Origin: Octopus sinensis
Taxonomy: Eukaryota
Reading direction: 5' to 3'
NCBI RefSeq assembly: GCF_006345805.1
Contig: NC_043001.1
Coordinates: 118,730,001-118,794,000, forward strand
Length of the DNA stretch: 64,000 nt
Shown: positions 37,636-50,842 of the stretch, piece after piece
Layout of the letters: each line of letters starts with the position of its first letter
Position numbering within the stretch: position 1 is the first letter of the stretch
The notes under the pieces: model-generated
What the model saw: only the letters and a program-made list of their open reading frames with translations
What the model was told of the DNA's origin: nothing
Databases searched by the model: none
Position numbers and translations under genes: made by a program

Positions 37636-37967
37636 TGCCTGTGCTTATGTTTTCAGAAAATAGAAAAAGCCAAAAAATATATACATTTCAAGCATGGAAC
37701 CCTGTAAGTGTGTGCGTGTGTTTGTCTGTTAGTCTGTGTGTCTATCTAGCTAGCTAGGTACCCTGTATTTACACATTCCTTGCCTTTAGGGAGAGTGAAT
37801 CACTTATGTTTAAGTGTTTATATGTACCTACATGTGTGTGTGAGAAGAATATATCTGAATATAGAGACTACAATCAACATCAATAATTGATAGGTACTAT
37901 TCTTTACTATATTATGTTTCTACTGTTGTCACTATTCCATGACAAAACACTTCACAATATTTCCTTA

Positions 37968-38361
37968 ACTAGCAGTATCGCCCGGCATTGCTTGGGTTTG
38001 TTTTGAGCCTTTAGAATTGGAATTTTTGAAAAGTGAAAATTTTGCATTATGTAGCTTGTTATTCTCTTTAAGTGAACATTTTTCTGGTTGAAATACACCG
38101 GAAAATGGCGACACAGCAGTCAAAATATCATAAAAATTAGGGATTTTCATAGAAAAAAAGTACCTTTTTGATGTAAATAATTTTTGGCGTTAACATGGTC
38201 CGATCTGAATTTTTTCTTCTACGGAATGAAGAGCAAGCCTTCTTCTATCATAATCTCAATTTTGGTCAACTTGCGCCGCAGGGTCTCGGAGGAGATAATG
38301 TTAGTTGAAGGCTACCAAACCTGCCATACACAGACAACTTCAGCTTTATATATAGAGAGAT
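37968..38361 (+). mobile_element. Non-autonomous Helitron-like element (DINE-1/Lep1-like)
   Basis: 5' ACTAGcagtatcgcccggc, 3' acagacaacttcagctttatatatagagagat. A related 5' end lies on the minus strand at 51660-51690 and a related 3' end at 22945-22976. Confidence 0.5.
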
Positions 38362-38734
38362 TTGTCTCTTCTTCACCAGATGAATCCTCTTAAGCTTCCT
38401 CAAATTGATGGCAGAGTTAAGTATGCCATGCATGTGAGAAAGTTCCTTAATACTGATTCCTTAGTTTGAATCACTGATGAAAGGGAAAGTTTCCTGATTG
38501 CTTTAATCTGTATCTGTGCTCTTTTATCGTACCCTTTCTATATAAGTTGAAAGCATTTCTGGTGATGCAAAGATGTAATTAGTACATTGAACCAAGTTTA
38601 TGCAATTTAGCCTCACAATCTTCAATGAAACACATGTAAGGATGCTATAGATAAATGATTTCAAAACAAATACTCTTTTGGAATGGTGAAACTTGAAGCA
38701 GATAAAGCTTTATGTCTCTTTTCTCTTTATTTTT

Positions 38735-39150
38735 TTTACTTGTTTCAGTCATTTGACTGTGGCCATGCTGGAGCACCGCCTTTTAGTCGAGCAAATCAAC
38801 CCCAAGACTTATTCTTTGTAAGCCTAGTACTTATTCTATCAGTGTCTTTTGCCAAACCGCTAAGTTACGGGGACGTAAACACACCAGCTTCGGTTGTCAA
38901 GCGATGTTGGGGGGGGGGAGACAAACACAGACACACAAACATACACACACACACACACACACCACACATATATATATATATATATATATACATATATATG
39001 ATGGGCTTCTTTCAGTTTCCGTCTACCAAATCCACTCACAAGGCTTTGGTCGGCCCGAGGCTATAGCAGAAGACACTTGCCCAAGGACTGAACCCGGAAC
39101 CCGGAACCATGTGGTTGGTAAGCAAGTTACTTACCCACACAGCCACTCCT
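38735..39150 (-). mobile_element. Young SINE family A
   Basis: CpG-rich, all modules present. Confidence 0.9.
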
Positions 39151-39220
39151 ACGCCTATATGCACACATATATTGTTTTATACATACATACATGCAAAAAT
39201 GCTTGAATGCATGTAGTTGA

Positions 39221-39538
39221 AGGCGCATAGCTTAGTGATTAGTGTATTTGGCTCATGATCGTAATGTCATGAATTAGATTCCTGGCAGTGCATTGTGTTC
39301 TTGAGCAAGACACTTTATTTCATGTTGCTCCAGTCCACTTAGCTGGCCAAAATGAGTAGTACCAGTAATTCAAAGGGTTGGGACAGCCTTGTCACATTCT
39401 GTGTCATGCTGAATCTCCCTGAGAACTATGTTAAGGGTATGTGTGTCTGAGGGGTGCTCAGCCACATGCATGTTAATTTCACAAGCAGGCTATTCTGTTG
39501 ATAGTATCAACAGGAATACTTGTAACCAATGGAGTGCC
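39221..39538 (+). mobile_element. SINE family C (CORE-like) with a different 3' part
   Basis: Head and core as in 15932-16258; the 3' part differs. Confidence 0.75.
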
Positions 39539-39571
<33 letters not shown>

Positions 39572-40728
39572 TTCCTCTATGTAAATATGTGTGTGTATGT
39601 ATCCATCAATACACATATAATACTGTAGAAACCACTCACTGTGATCAGTCTGGGATGAAGGCTTTTTTGATAACAATAAACAGCAATGAGTAAATAAAGA
39701 GTTCAGGTTCCCCTAATATTGATATCAATGAACCAAAAGATATTATCACTGTATAAACGTATATACATACACCTATATATGCACATACTGTAGCAAACAC
39801 ACACACACACATACACACATTTTATATTTAACAAATGTGTATTTTTGCTAAAGAAATCAACACAAAGGTTGTATGACTACGAAAGAAATGCAACAACTGT
39901 AGCAGTGTTGGTACCACTATTGCAGAAGATGGAGAAAGTGAATGATGGCAGCTTAGCTTCGTTGCTGGGAGACCTCCTCCTGTAAATCTATTTTAGTGTC
40001 TCTTCTTGTAACCATCTCCAAATACACCAGCTCTATCCTTCAAACATGAAATAGAAAACAAACTACAACTAAAACGTAACGTGCACTTTGCAGTTTACCA
40101 TTTTAGCCGTTCTGATGGTGCCATACCTTAGAGAACTTTTTCATTTTTCATTCATTTTCATCATCAATTTTATCACCATCATCACCACCATCACCACCAT
40201 CATCATCATTATCATTATTATTGTTGTCATCAACACTGTCATCATGATCAATATTGTCATAAACCAACATACTCATCAATAGCATGCTAGTATTTATCAT
40301 CATCATCATCATATTCATCACAATAATCATCATAGGCATCATATTTATAATTATTGACTATATATGTATATTGCATAAGTGAATGTGTGTGATTTAGTGC
40401 AGTCGAATATGTGTACATGTTAAAGAACATAAAATATATATACATGTACACATGTGTGTGTGGGTGTGTGTGTTTGTGAGAGAGAGAGAGTGAGAGAGAT
40501 TGTTCAAATGGGCTGATGTGTGTGTGTTGCATATATAAGTGTACACATGTGTTTTCATATCATTCCTTCTGCACCTAAGTACAGTCTGAAAGAAAGAGCT
40601 AATATTTCTGTATTGGATGACGAGCATTTTGTTACAGTATATACTTGAACAACCAGCAATGGGATATTACATGCATATGCATGTGTCAGTCAGCAAGTGA
40701 GTAATAGACATCAATATTTATATATAAA

Positions 40729-40769
<41 letters not shown>

Positions 40770-41199
40770 TCATATATACATCACACATATGTACACACAC
40801 ACAAACAGTTTATAGATGAGATCCAAGTGTTCTCAGTATGGAATACACTTAGTAGTGCTCAAGATATTTAAACTTGAGCAGGTATAGAAGTATAGATGTA
40901 GAGATAACCAAGTTGGACAGATCAATATATAAAATATATTAAATACATGAAATATAAAAAAATGTATATATGTATACATATAAAAAGGTCTGACTTACAC
41001 AGAACAGAAATGATACAGAGAATTAAAAGGGACGGGGAACAGTATTACAAATCCCAACAGCTGTTTCTGGGGGCTTGGTGGTCCATAATAATGTTTGTAG
41101 ATTGAGTCCAGCATAGGATGAGATGAGCCTCTGTATTTAGGGAAGAGATCTTACATTTGAGGTGTTAAAGGAAAGAACTTGACTGGAACTGGTAAGGTG

Positions 41200-41625
41200 G
41201 AGAGCAGCACCAGGTTCTAGTCTGATTTGTCATGGTTCCTTATGGCTGGATACCCTTCCAAGAGTGTAATGGGTGCCATTTACACGACACTGACAACAGC
41301 TATGCCTATGGTTTCACTTGGCTTGACGAGTCTTCACAAGCACAGCATATCGCCAAGGTTTCGGTCACTTGTCATCACCTCCGTGAGGCCCAACATTTGA
41401 AGATCATACTTCACCACTTCATGCCTCACCTCCACGAGGCCCAACATTCAAAGATCATGCCACAGGCAATGGCCACAATTACGATTTTGTGAGTGCCATT
41501 TACATGAATGACATCAGCATCAGCCCTGACTACAATTTCACTTGGCTTGATGGGTCTTCTCAAGCACAGCATATCACCAAAGGTCTCAGTCACTTGTCAT
41601 TGTGTCCATGAGACCCAATATCCAA
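41200..41625 (-). mobile_element. RTE 3' region with internal duplication of about 210 bp
   Basis: ttcacttggcttga...caagcacagcatatc...caa at about 41315 and 41535. Confidence 0.7.
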
Positions 41626-42004
41626 AGATCGAAGCAGATAAAAGTATAAACAATAGCATGTAAATAGTGGGTTAAAAAAACTCTTAGCATAGAAAATGTT
41701 GAGGGCAGCATATGGAACTCAAACCCACATCTTCTGTTAACATGACAGACTTTTTGCCATGAGACCAAAGCAAACTTTAAATTTCTCTCCCCATTATACA
41801 AACTTATTTTTACCATTGAGAATTGAATATTGTTGATGTCATAAGAATTTAGAATTCTTGAGAGAATGTGAAATAATTCTCTTTTTGGAATGGTGAAATT
41901 TGAAGCAGATAAAAATATCATAAATATTATAATCACTTGAATTTCACCTTTGGTGAACAACTTCTCCTTTCAAATAAGTAAAAAGGGAAAGGCAAAGTTA
42001 CCTT

Positions 42005-42240
42005 TTTGAGTCATGCTGACTCAAGGGGTGGTTTTCCAGCTTCTTGATGAATAAATTCCCCACTTGGATGGGACACCGGTCTGTCATAAGATCACTCATT
42101 TTTGCCAGCTGAGTGGACTGGAGCAATGTGAGATGAAGTACTTTGCTCAAGAACACACTGCATTGCCCAGTCCAGGAATCGAAACCATGATCTTACAATC
42201 ATGAGTCCAACACCTTAACCACTAAGCCACATGCCTCCAC
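42005..42240 (-). mobile_element. SINE family C (CORE-like)
   Basis: rc head ggaggcatgtggcttagtggttaagg...gtttcgattcc; CORE-like segment present. Confidence 0.8.
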
Positions 42241-43917
42241 ACCCCTTTCAAATGGGACTCAGTGAAACAAGGGGACTTCTTATTACCAGTGAATTTCACC
42301 ATTGGAGTATTAGTTCTCCATTTGGAATGATGTCTATTGACAACACACATGATTCAGTGACAAAGGAGAGTTTAGAGATACTGGTGTATCATTGTGTCTC
42401 TTCAGCTGATTCTAGATTTCTGAATGTAAAGAACAATAGTTGTCCTTTGTTTGCAGAATTCAACACACAAACTGATACATGTCTGCTTCAGAGTCTGTAT
42501 GTATGTGTGTATGTACATATACACACATATATATAATTAAATATATCAGTGTTCGTATGCATATTGATATACATATATAAACTTATTGTATATGTGCATA
42601 TATCTTTCCTTCTTTTACACGATTGCCACTATGCAACCCTAGTACTTATTTCAGCTTGATATTTTATGGAATTCAGTTTGTCAAAGCAGTTTGTCATGGG
42701 ACATCAAGAATTACCACATAAACTACACCAGTTTTTAGAATGACCAAGCTGAACCTAAACATAGATACACAAGCACACATACACACACGCATGCATCTGT
42801 CTCTCTGTCTGTCTGTCTATAAGCCATGTGCATCCTGATTTTTAGAATATGTACACCATAGTCCAACAAGTTGTAAGTGGCAAGTAAAAGTACAGCCTCA
42901 GGCAAGCGGTCTGATTGTAAATCACTCCCTCAAAGTGTTCCCTTCAACCCATACCAGCATGAAAAAGTGTATATATAAAAGAAAATGTTGCACACACACA
43001 CACATATACAAGCATACATATACACATACATACATACAAACATACATACATATGAAGATTGGTTGCTAATTAGTTTTCTTCTACCAAATTCCATTCACAA
43101 GGAATTAGTTGAAACTGTTACAGCTGCACTGTAAGACAATAGTCAAAGATATTGCACAGTAGGATGGAATCTGGAACCAAATGATTGCAAAGCAACAATC
43201 TTAAAATGCAGCCAGGCTGCACATGCTTATATAATACTTGTTTTGCATATGCATGGCATATTTATGAGTGTACAACACACACACACACATGCACGAACAC
43301 ACAAGTATATAAATATAAATCAATATAGCTGGAGAGATGATGGTGTTGTGTAGAAGGCCAAAAAGATGAATCATTGAATGAAATAAGCTGACAAAGAGTT
43401 GAGAGTGAAAGGAAGGCAAAAAAACCAAAGCAAAAAACAACCCAGTTATGCCTTTATGAAACTGTCCAGTAACAAAAGATGTGCTGAAAAGAGAGAATTA
43501 CTCAATGTCGGCTTTCTCCTCCTCCTCCTCCTACCCAAACCTTGCATCTATGAATATTTCAAAATATCTCAGTGTCCTAACCACTCCATCAAGGGTCTGC
43601 TGCTGCTGCTGCTGCTGCTAGCACTTGCCTAGTGATGAGGAGACATTCTGTCAGGACCAATGAAATCATTTGTATTTCAGATGCTGTCACTTAGACATAT
43701 CTGCCTGACTTCACATTAGGTAGACAACTTAGCACTATGTCATTAACTTGGTACACAGTCACCTAGATGAACTTGAGACATATGATTATATATACGCATG
43801 TGCATATAAATGTCTATATATATACATATACATCCGAAACTTGGAGTTTTATTATGGCAACCGAATAATTGTCACATATTATATTACAGAAATATACATA
43901 TACATACATACATACAT

Positions 43918-43954
<37 letters not shown>

Positions 43955-43956
<2 letters not shown>

Positions 43957-44450
43957 AAATACAAAATGGGACAAGAACGCAAAACATCCGGACAACTAGG
44001 TGATACAAAAAGGAGACAACTAAAAATCCAGATAGATGATATAAAGAAAACAAGGATGGGTCATTCGAAGTTTTCTATCGTCACTCAAGAACCAGATTAT
44101 CCTCGCAATTTTGGCTGATTATTCTTGAGATTGCTCCAATCTGGCCAGCCCCAAGGAAAAACTAAGCTAAGAGCATTAGATTCCTTGAAAGAAAACATCG
44201 AATGTATACAAAAACAAGGACGGAAAAAACAATGTTACACAAATATAAATACAATAAAAATAATAACAGGACATAACAACAGGTGTCTTTCGACTAAGGA
44301 CGAATTGAATTAATCTGGCGAGTGTGGAAATGAAGCCTTACGGCAGAGATACAAAAGTTTCACAAACACAGGGAAGAATATCAATGTTGTACAGACGGTC
44401 AGACCCAGAAAGAAAGAGCGAGCAGTCTGGCCAATCGGTCATGTGGGAAG
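43955..44450. mobile_element. (TA)n-adjacent interspersed repeat, probably a Penelope-like terminal repeat
   Basis: Starts abruptly after (TA)n with CpG-retaining sequence. The classification rests on recall and is not verified. Confidence 0.35.
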
Positions 44451-44465
44451 AAAAGAGAGAGAAAA

Positions 44466-44640
44466 GTAGAAGCAGAGGAACAAAAGAATTAAGGAGGGGG
44501 AAGAGAACAGAGAGAAGTAGAGGGACAGAAGAATTAAGGAGAGAGAAGAGAAGAGAGAGAAGTAGAGGGACAGAAGAATTAAGGAGAGAGAAGAGAAGAG
44601 AGAGAAGTAGAGGGACAGAAGAATTAAGGAGGGGTGAGAA
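44466..44640. repeat. 45-bp purine-rich minisatellite, about 4 copies
   Basis: agtagagggacagaagaattaagg at about 44516, 44561 and 44606; degenerate first copy at about 44471. Confidence 0.92.
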
Positions 44641-45114
44641 AAAATGACAAATTAAATTATTGTTTAAAAGAAACATAACAATAATATATTAATAGGAAAC
44701 CCAGCTCAACTAAAAGAGGTAAACTGCTTATGCAAAAACAAAGATGAATGCCTTCCTAGTCAGTCATTCAATTCCAAGGCCCACTTCCACAAAACAAAAT
44801 CTAGATACTGAAAGCAAATGTTATGCCAGTATTTTAATCATATTTCTACCTTAAGAAGTATAGTAAAGAGAAATGTCACTAAACTATCAAACACTCTTTA
44901 GAAATTGAAAAAAAAAACAAAAAAGAACCTAAATTCATTATCCACTGAGAAATTGTTGAATGATGCTTGCTATACTTTAATGGGATAAGAACCTACAGCT
45001 TGTGCAATTCTGAGAATTTTTATACTTATAGCTCTTGACAAATATCTGGGGTTAAACAACAACAACAACCGTTTTACAGATCGTCCCCAAATAGATTTAC
45101 TATTCATAGCATAT

Positions 45115-45290
45115 GTGGAGGTGCATGACTTAGTGGTTAGGGTGTTGGACTCATGATCGCAAGATTGCTTTTTCGATTCCTGGACTGCTTGTGAGCAAAA
45201 CACTTCATTTCACATTGTTCCAGTTCACTCAGCTGGCAGAAATGAGTGACGGACCAGGCATCCAGTCCAAGTGGGGAATATATATACTAT
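45115..45290 (+). mobile_element. SINE family C head and core
   Basis: ggaggtgcatgacttagtggttagggtgttggactc...ttcgattcc...cagttcactcagctggcagaaatgag. Confidence 0.75.
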
Positions 45291-45489
45291 GGAAATCATG
45301 AAATCAGCCCTATGAGTCTATATGACTCATAGGGCTGTTCTATATGCATTCTATGCAAGATATTTTCAAATCTACAATACAACTGCATATATTCAACATA
45401 ACCCCCAACTAACAAAATAACACAACTTACACAACAGATATTTTACTTCTCAGTATTATAAAAGCTTTCACAACAAACAAGATCAATGC

Positions 45490-45625
45490 TAAAAAAACCC
45501 AAAAAACAAAGAAACAAATGGATAAACAAGATTGGAATGGAGTATCCAGTAGAGCTTCTACAGAAGGTTTGCCTCTTAGGAACAGAGAAGATCATCATCA
45601 GAGTTTTGAGCACTTACTGGCTTGT
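45490..45625 (+). mobile_element. R4/Dong-like (RLE-type) non-LTR C-terminal relic
   Basis: WINKIGMEYPVELLQKVCLLGTEKIIIRVLST resembles the LQK..LLGT..I.R.VL terminus. Confidence 0.7.
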
Positions 45626-47576
45626 TGAAATCATATGGCTATCAAAGGTTATAAGTAGTAACCCAATATCCCACATAAATTCTGCAAGGAATAAGATCAA
45701 TCTTGATTCATGATAAATAATAAGCAGCTGGGAAAAATTATGAACATATTGCAAAAATTTGTAAAGAATGAATATGGTGTAATTTTCTAAGATATGCAAA
45801 TATACAGAAATGAATTGATAGGAGCAGAGTGCCATGATATTACGAAAGCATAAATTCCAGGTCTTGTAAACTTACTGATGTGGTTTGCCAAACAGATAAT
45901 AATGTTTATCATTTTATAAGGTTGGAAAATCTCTCAAAATATATAGCCCCACAGAAATTGCTAAGATATGAGCTACAGACTCATGATCAGCTTCTGTAAT
46001 TATAGGTGTGTTCAGAGAAGTCAAATTCATCACAAATCAGAAAAATCAAACGACTGCCTGTTAGGCCTTCCACATGAGAAGTTCAGAAGATAGCAATTTT
46101 AGGAAATGCCTATATTCCATGGGAAATATTACCAATAAAATAAAATTTGAAAAATGAAAGGCTAACAATCACAAATCTACTTCATATAAAAACGAGAGAA
46201 TAACTTCAATTGAGCAGAGCCCATGTATGTTAAACAGAATATGATGATTTCTTTTATTGGCCAGAAGAGCCAACATTGGTAATAATACAAAGATAAAATA
46301 CAAAAAAAAAAAAAAAAAAAAAAAGGAATAGTGAGGGATTTACTTCAACTAAAAAGGTGAGAACAACAATAACAATAAAGATATCGCCGCCGCTACCACC
46401 ACCACCACCACCACCACCATCATCAACAACAATGTTGTCTTAATTGTTTTAGCATTTACTTTTCCATGTTAGCATGAGGTAGATGGGATTTATTGAAGCA
46501 AATTTCTTTGGTTGAATGATTTGCCTGTTGCTAACCCTCACCTGTTTCCAAGCAAGGTAATATTTTCCCATCTGAACATGTTCCCAAGAGATTGCAAACA
46601 AAGAGCACTGCTTGTATGATGATGGCAATGATGATGATGTTTGTTTATAATTAGCAAGCAATGTCAAGGCAAAAACACAACCCCATCTCCCTAAACACAT
46701 ACATTCACAACAAGCTGTTTTTCACTTTATGCCAACCAAATTCAATCACAATAACAATAACAGTTTAGAAAAACAAAATACCAACAATGAAGGTGTAGGT
46801 AACCTTGCAAAGTGATTAAGAGTGCCTCATACACAACTCCAACATACCTAGGCACACCAAAGGCAAGTGCTTCCCTCTAGTACTTGCTGAGTAGGGCCAC
46901 TTAGCCATGCCAATTTGCTGCTCTCGCTCACCTTTCATAAAATTAACTGGAAGCAGTACTTTCCTTTCTATCCCCACCTTTCCCTTCAAGTGATACTCAA
47001 AGAAAATGATGAGGGCTTTAGTCTGAGAGGAATCTGGCTTCTCACAAGTCTACAAAAATGCAAGGGAGAGTCAAAGCTGGTTAAAACACTTCTCTCCAAT
47101 ATCTCCATACAAAACTGATACTTATGTTATTGACCTAAAATGATGAAAGAGCAAAGTTGTGTCACAACAGGATTGGAATTCAGAACATAGAGTGATTAAT
47201 TAAATGTCTGAGATGAGTTGTTGCTAATACTATTATAATTTTTCAGACTATTAACTTCATCTTTCGAGATGAAACAACTTTTTATTATTAACATCTACCC
47301 TACGTTTTGATCGGTTTGATCTCTGAAATGTAGTGTAGATGTAAATATTAAAAAAAAATTGTTTCATCTATGAAGATGATGTTAATAGTCCCAAAAACTT
47401 ATAATCACAAATATAGAGAGGTTATTTAATTGACGCTCTTCGATTTCTATTACTCTACTACTACAACAACAACAACGATATAGTTTATTTGCCATGGAGG
47501 CATTGGCTAAAGGGAACATTAAAAAGACAAGACACACCTTCATACACACACACACACAACTATATATATATATGTG

Positions 47577-47884
47577 GAGGTGCAATAGCCCAGTGGTTAG
47601 GGCAGCGGACTTGCGGTCGTAGGATCACGGTTTCGATTCCCAGACTGGGCGTTGTGAGTGTTTATTGAGCAAAAACACCTAAAGCTCCACGAGGCTCCGG
47701 CAGGGGATGGTGGCGAACCCTGCTGTAGTCTTTCACCACAACTTTCTCTCACTCTTTCTTCTGTTGGCCTGCTCGTTTAGCCAGCAGGGTGGCGTCATTT
47801 AAAGGCTAAAACAATGCGAAGCACATTGTGACTAGCGATGTGTAGCAACATCTGATAGCCTGATTGGTCACGGTGATCACAGTG

Positions 47885-47886
<2 letters not shown>
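47577..47886 (+). mobile_element. Full-length SINE family B
   Basis: A box tagcccagtgg, B box gtttcgattccc; ends ggtcacggtgatcacagtga + (TA)n. Confidence 0.92.
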
Positions 47887-47914
<28 letters not shown>

Positions 47915-47915
<1 letters not shown>

Positions 47916-49110
47916 TGTGACCCTTGTGAAGACCTGTTGAGGCAAGTGAAATCAAACCAAATCAAAATAGATGAATATCAATGGAATTTGTATCTTTGTG
48001 GTTCCAGTACCGGTGGCACACAAGAAAACCATCCGAACGTGGCCGTCGACTGGCCTCCGTGCTTTGGGGACGTAACAAACACCATCCGATCGTGGCCGTT
48101 CGCCAGCCTCACCTGGCACCTGTGTCGGTGGCACATAAAAACACCACCACCATCCAAAGACCCGGCGACGTAGTCAGTCCACCTGTGCTTACCTTCCCTC
48201 TTATGACACTTGTGAAGACCTGTTGAGGCAGAGGCAAGTGTGTGACACTTGTGAAGACCTGTTGAGGCAGAGGCAAGTGTGTGACACTTGTGGAGACCTG
48301 TTGAGGCAAGTGTGTGACACGCGTGACACTTGTGAAGACCTGTTGAGGCAAGTGAAAATCAAACCAAATCAAAATAGATGAACATCAATGGAATTGTATC
48401 TTTGTGGTTCCAGTACCGGTGGCACACAAAAAAACCATCCGATCGTGGCCGTTCGCCAGCCACATCTGGCACCTGTGTCGGTGGCACATAAAGACACCAT
48501 CCGAAGACCCGGCGACGTAGACAGTCCACCTATGCATACCTTCCTTCTTGTGACACTTGTGAAGACCTGTTGAGGCAAGTGAAAATCAAATCAAATCAAA
48601 TCAAATCAAATCAAAACAAATCAAAATAGATGAACATAAATGGAATTTGTATCTTTGTGGTACCAGTGCCGGTGGCACACAAGAAAATCATCCGAACGTG
48701 GCCGTAGCCAGTACCGCATAGACTGGCCTCCGTGCTTTGGGGACGTAACAAACACCATCCGATCGTGGCCGTCCGCCAGCCTCATCTGGCACCTGTGTCG
48801 GTGGCACATAAAAACACCATCCGAGCGTGGCCGTCTGCCAGCCTCGTCTGGCACCTGTGTCGGTGGCACATAAAAACACCATCCGAGCGTGGCCGTTCGC
48901 CAGCCTCGTCTGGCACCTGTGTCGGTGGCACATAAAATCACCCACTACACTCTCGGAGTGGTTGGCGTTAGGAAGGGCATCCAGCTGTAGAAACACTGCC
49001 AGATCTGACTGGCCTGGTGCAGCCTTCGGGCTCCCCAGACCCCGGTTGAACCGTCCAACCCATGCTAGCATGGAAAACGGACGCTAAATGATGATGATGA
49101 TGATGATGAT
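47915..49110 (+). mobile_element. Young RTE 3' UTR with nested tandem duplications
   Basis: Anchor gtgaagacctgttgaggca at 47926, 48212, 48251, 48290, 48332 and 48559; 62-bp unit at 48753, 48815 and 48877; (GAT)n tail. Confidence 0.85.
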
Positions 49111-49374
49111 GATACATACACATACATACGCACACACACAATGGGTTTCTCTCAGTTTCTGTCTACCAACCCAATCCATTCACAGGACATTGACTGGCCT
49201 ATGGCTATAGTAGAAGACTCTTGTCCAAGGTTCTGTGCACCTTTCCACACACTGGGACTGAACCCAAAGTCATGTGGTAATGAAGCAAACTTCTCAACCA
49301 GACAGCTATTCTACACCTACCATATTTATATGGCGTGGCTATGCAGGCACAGACATGGCAGTGCTGGTGGAGGC

Positions 49375-49945
49375 AATCCTTATTCGTAGTTCCTCTTGTT
49401 CCTAACGGAACATTGGGCAATGAGTTGCTTCCACTGAGTATCATCTGTTGCAGCTGTTTTTGCATGAGTCCAAGTCAATTGCAGTTCCGTTATGTCCTTG
49501 CAGAGAGTACTGCACCAGTTTTGTTGTGGTCTTCCCCTCCCTCATTTGCTCCGAGTCAGTGTCCATGTCAATGTAGTGTGTGACAGCCTGTGTTCTGGTA
49601 GCTATATTATATGTCCAATGAATCACAATCTTTGCTTCTTGATGATGTCCGATAGGTTGTCTAGCCCTGACCGCTGAATGACCTCATTGGTGATGTAGTC
49701 CACAATATAACACAAACGCATCACCTACGGAAGACTGTGCTTTTCCATGTCTCGCACGCATGGATAGCAGTAGGCTCAACAATCGACATGTAGAGATGGA
49801 TTTTCACATCTTTGATGATGGAATTATTGGACCACACTGGGCAAAGTTATCTGAATACACCTGAAGCTTGTCCAATACAGGCTTCTACATAACATTTTGT
49901 GTCACCATCATTGCAGATGGGGTTTCCTGGATATTTGAAAATTAC
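49375..49945 (-). mobile_element. RTE-clade LINE C-terminal coding relic (distinct family)
   Basis: IGQASGVFR*LCPVWSNNSIIKDVKIHLYMSIVEPTAIHACETW, ITNEVIQRSG, QRL*FIGHI, GRGRPQQNW, WKQLIAQCS. Confidence 0.9.
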
Positions 49946-50069
49946 TTTGCTCTTCAGACTGTTGTTTCTGATTGTTAGTGGAGGATATATTGGCATATCA
50001 GGGGTCATAGTCTTTGTCTTCTTACATCTTGTGCCTCAACAGCAATGCAGTTAAATTAGGCCTGCACAC

Positions 50070-50420
50070 AGCAGGTAAGGCAATGTGGTTAAAAAGTCAT
50101 TTTGCAACTGCATGGTTTTTGGGTTCAATCTAACTATGCAACATCTTGGGTAAGTGTCTTACACTATAGCTCTGGGTCAACCAATAACTTGAGAGTGAAT
50201 TTGGTAGATGGAGACTGTGTGGAAGTCTGTTGTGTTTGTCCACCCACCTTCTATCCCTTGACAGCTGGTGTTGGTTTGTAGATATCCCTGTGACTTAATG
50301 GTTCAACAAGAAGACCAACAGAATAAATACCAGACATAAAAAATAAGGACTGCAGTTCTTTTGTTTGACTGGACCCTTCAGAGTAGTGCCTCCGCTGAGT
50401 TGTAGTTCAATGACTGATAC
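50070..50420 (+). mobile_element. Degenerate SINE family A
   Basis: Head, core and CR1-type tail recognisable. Confidence 0.7.
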
Positions 50421-50523
50421 GAGTTTATGGAACCTGGTGCGGCCCCTAGCCTTTCCAACCCATGTCAGCATATAAAACAGGACATTAAATGATGATAATG
50501 ATGATGATATCTATATATGTATG

Positions 50524-50560
<37 letters not shown>

Positions 50561-50563
<3 letters not shown>

Positions 50564-50830
50564 TACAGGACATCACCAACTGTGTAAACAACATAAAAGT
50601 ACATTAACAAATGAGGTAAATATGCAAACTACGAGAGAAAAAATGTAAAACAAGACAAGTAACACAGAGAACGACCCTTCATCAGTTGTCGGCTGTCTTT
50701 CTATTCCTCATTTCAAGCATTCAACGACAATACGAGTCTTTGAAGACAGTTGCTCTTATAAGTTCCAAAACAAAATTTAGGATTTATAGAGGGTCAAAGT
50801 TGGGAACAAAAGCAGGATAGTGGAGACGAA
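50561..50830. mobile_element. (TA)n-adjacent interspersed repeat, possibly Penelope-like
   Basis: Begins after (TA)n; carries CTGATGA on the minus strand at 50679-50685. Confidence 0.3.
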
Positions 50831-50842
50831 CATACATACATA

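Noticed and set aside
46990-47118. VILKENDEGFSLRG resembles a PDZ N-terminus
   Set aside because: It lacks the GLGF spacing and the rest of the fold, and a stop follows soon after.
47577-47650. tRNA gene candidates here and at other SINE heads
   Set aside because: A and B boxes continue directly into SINE bodies and no complete cloverleaf is evident.
50660-50760. Hammerhead candidate at CTGATGA (minus strand)
   Set aside because: No downstream GAAA and no stem II pairing in any topology I tried.
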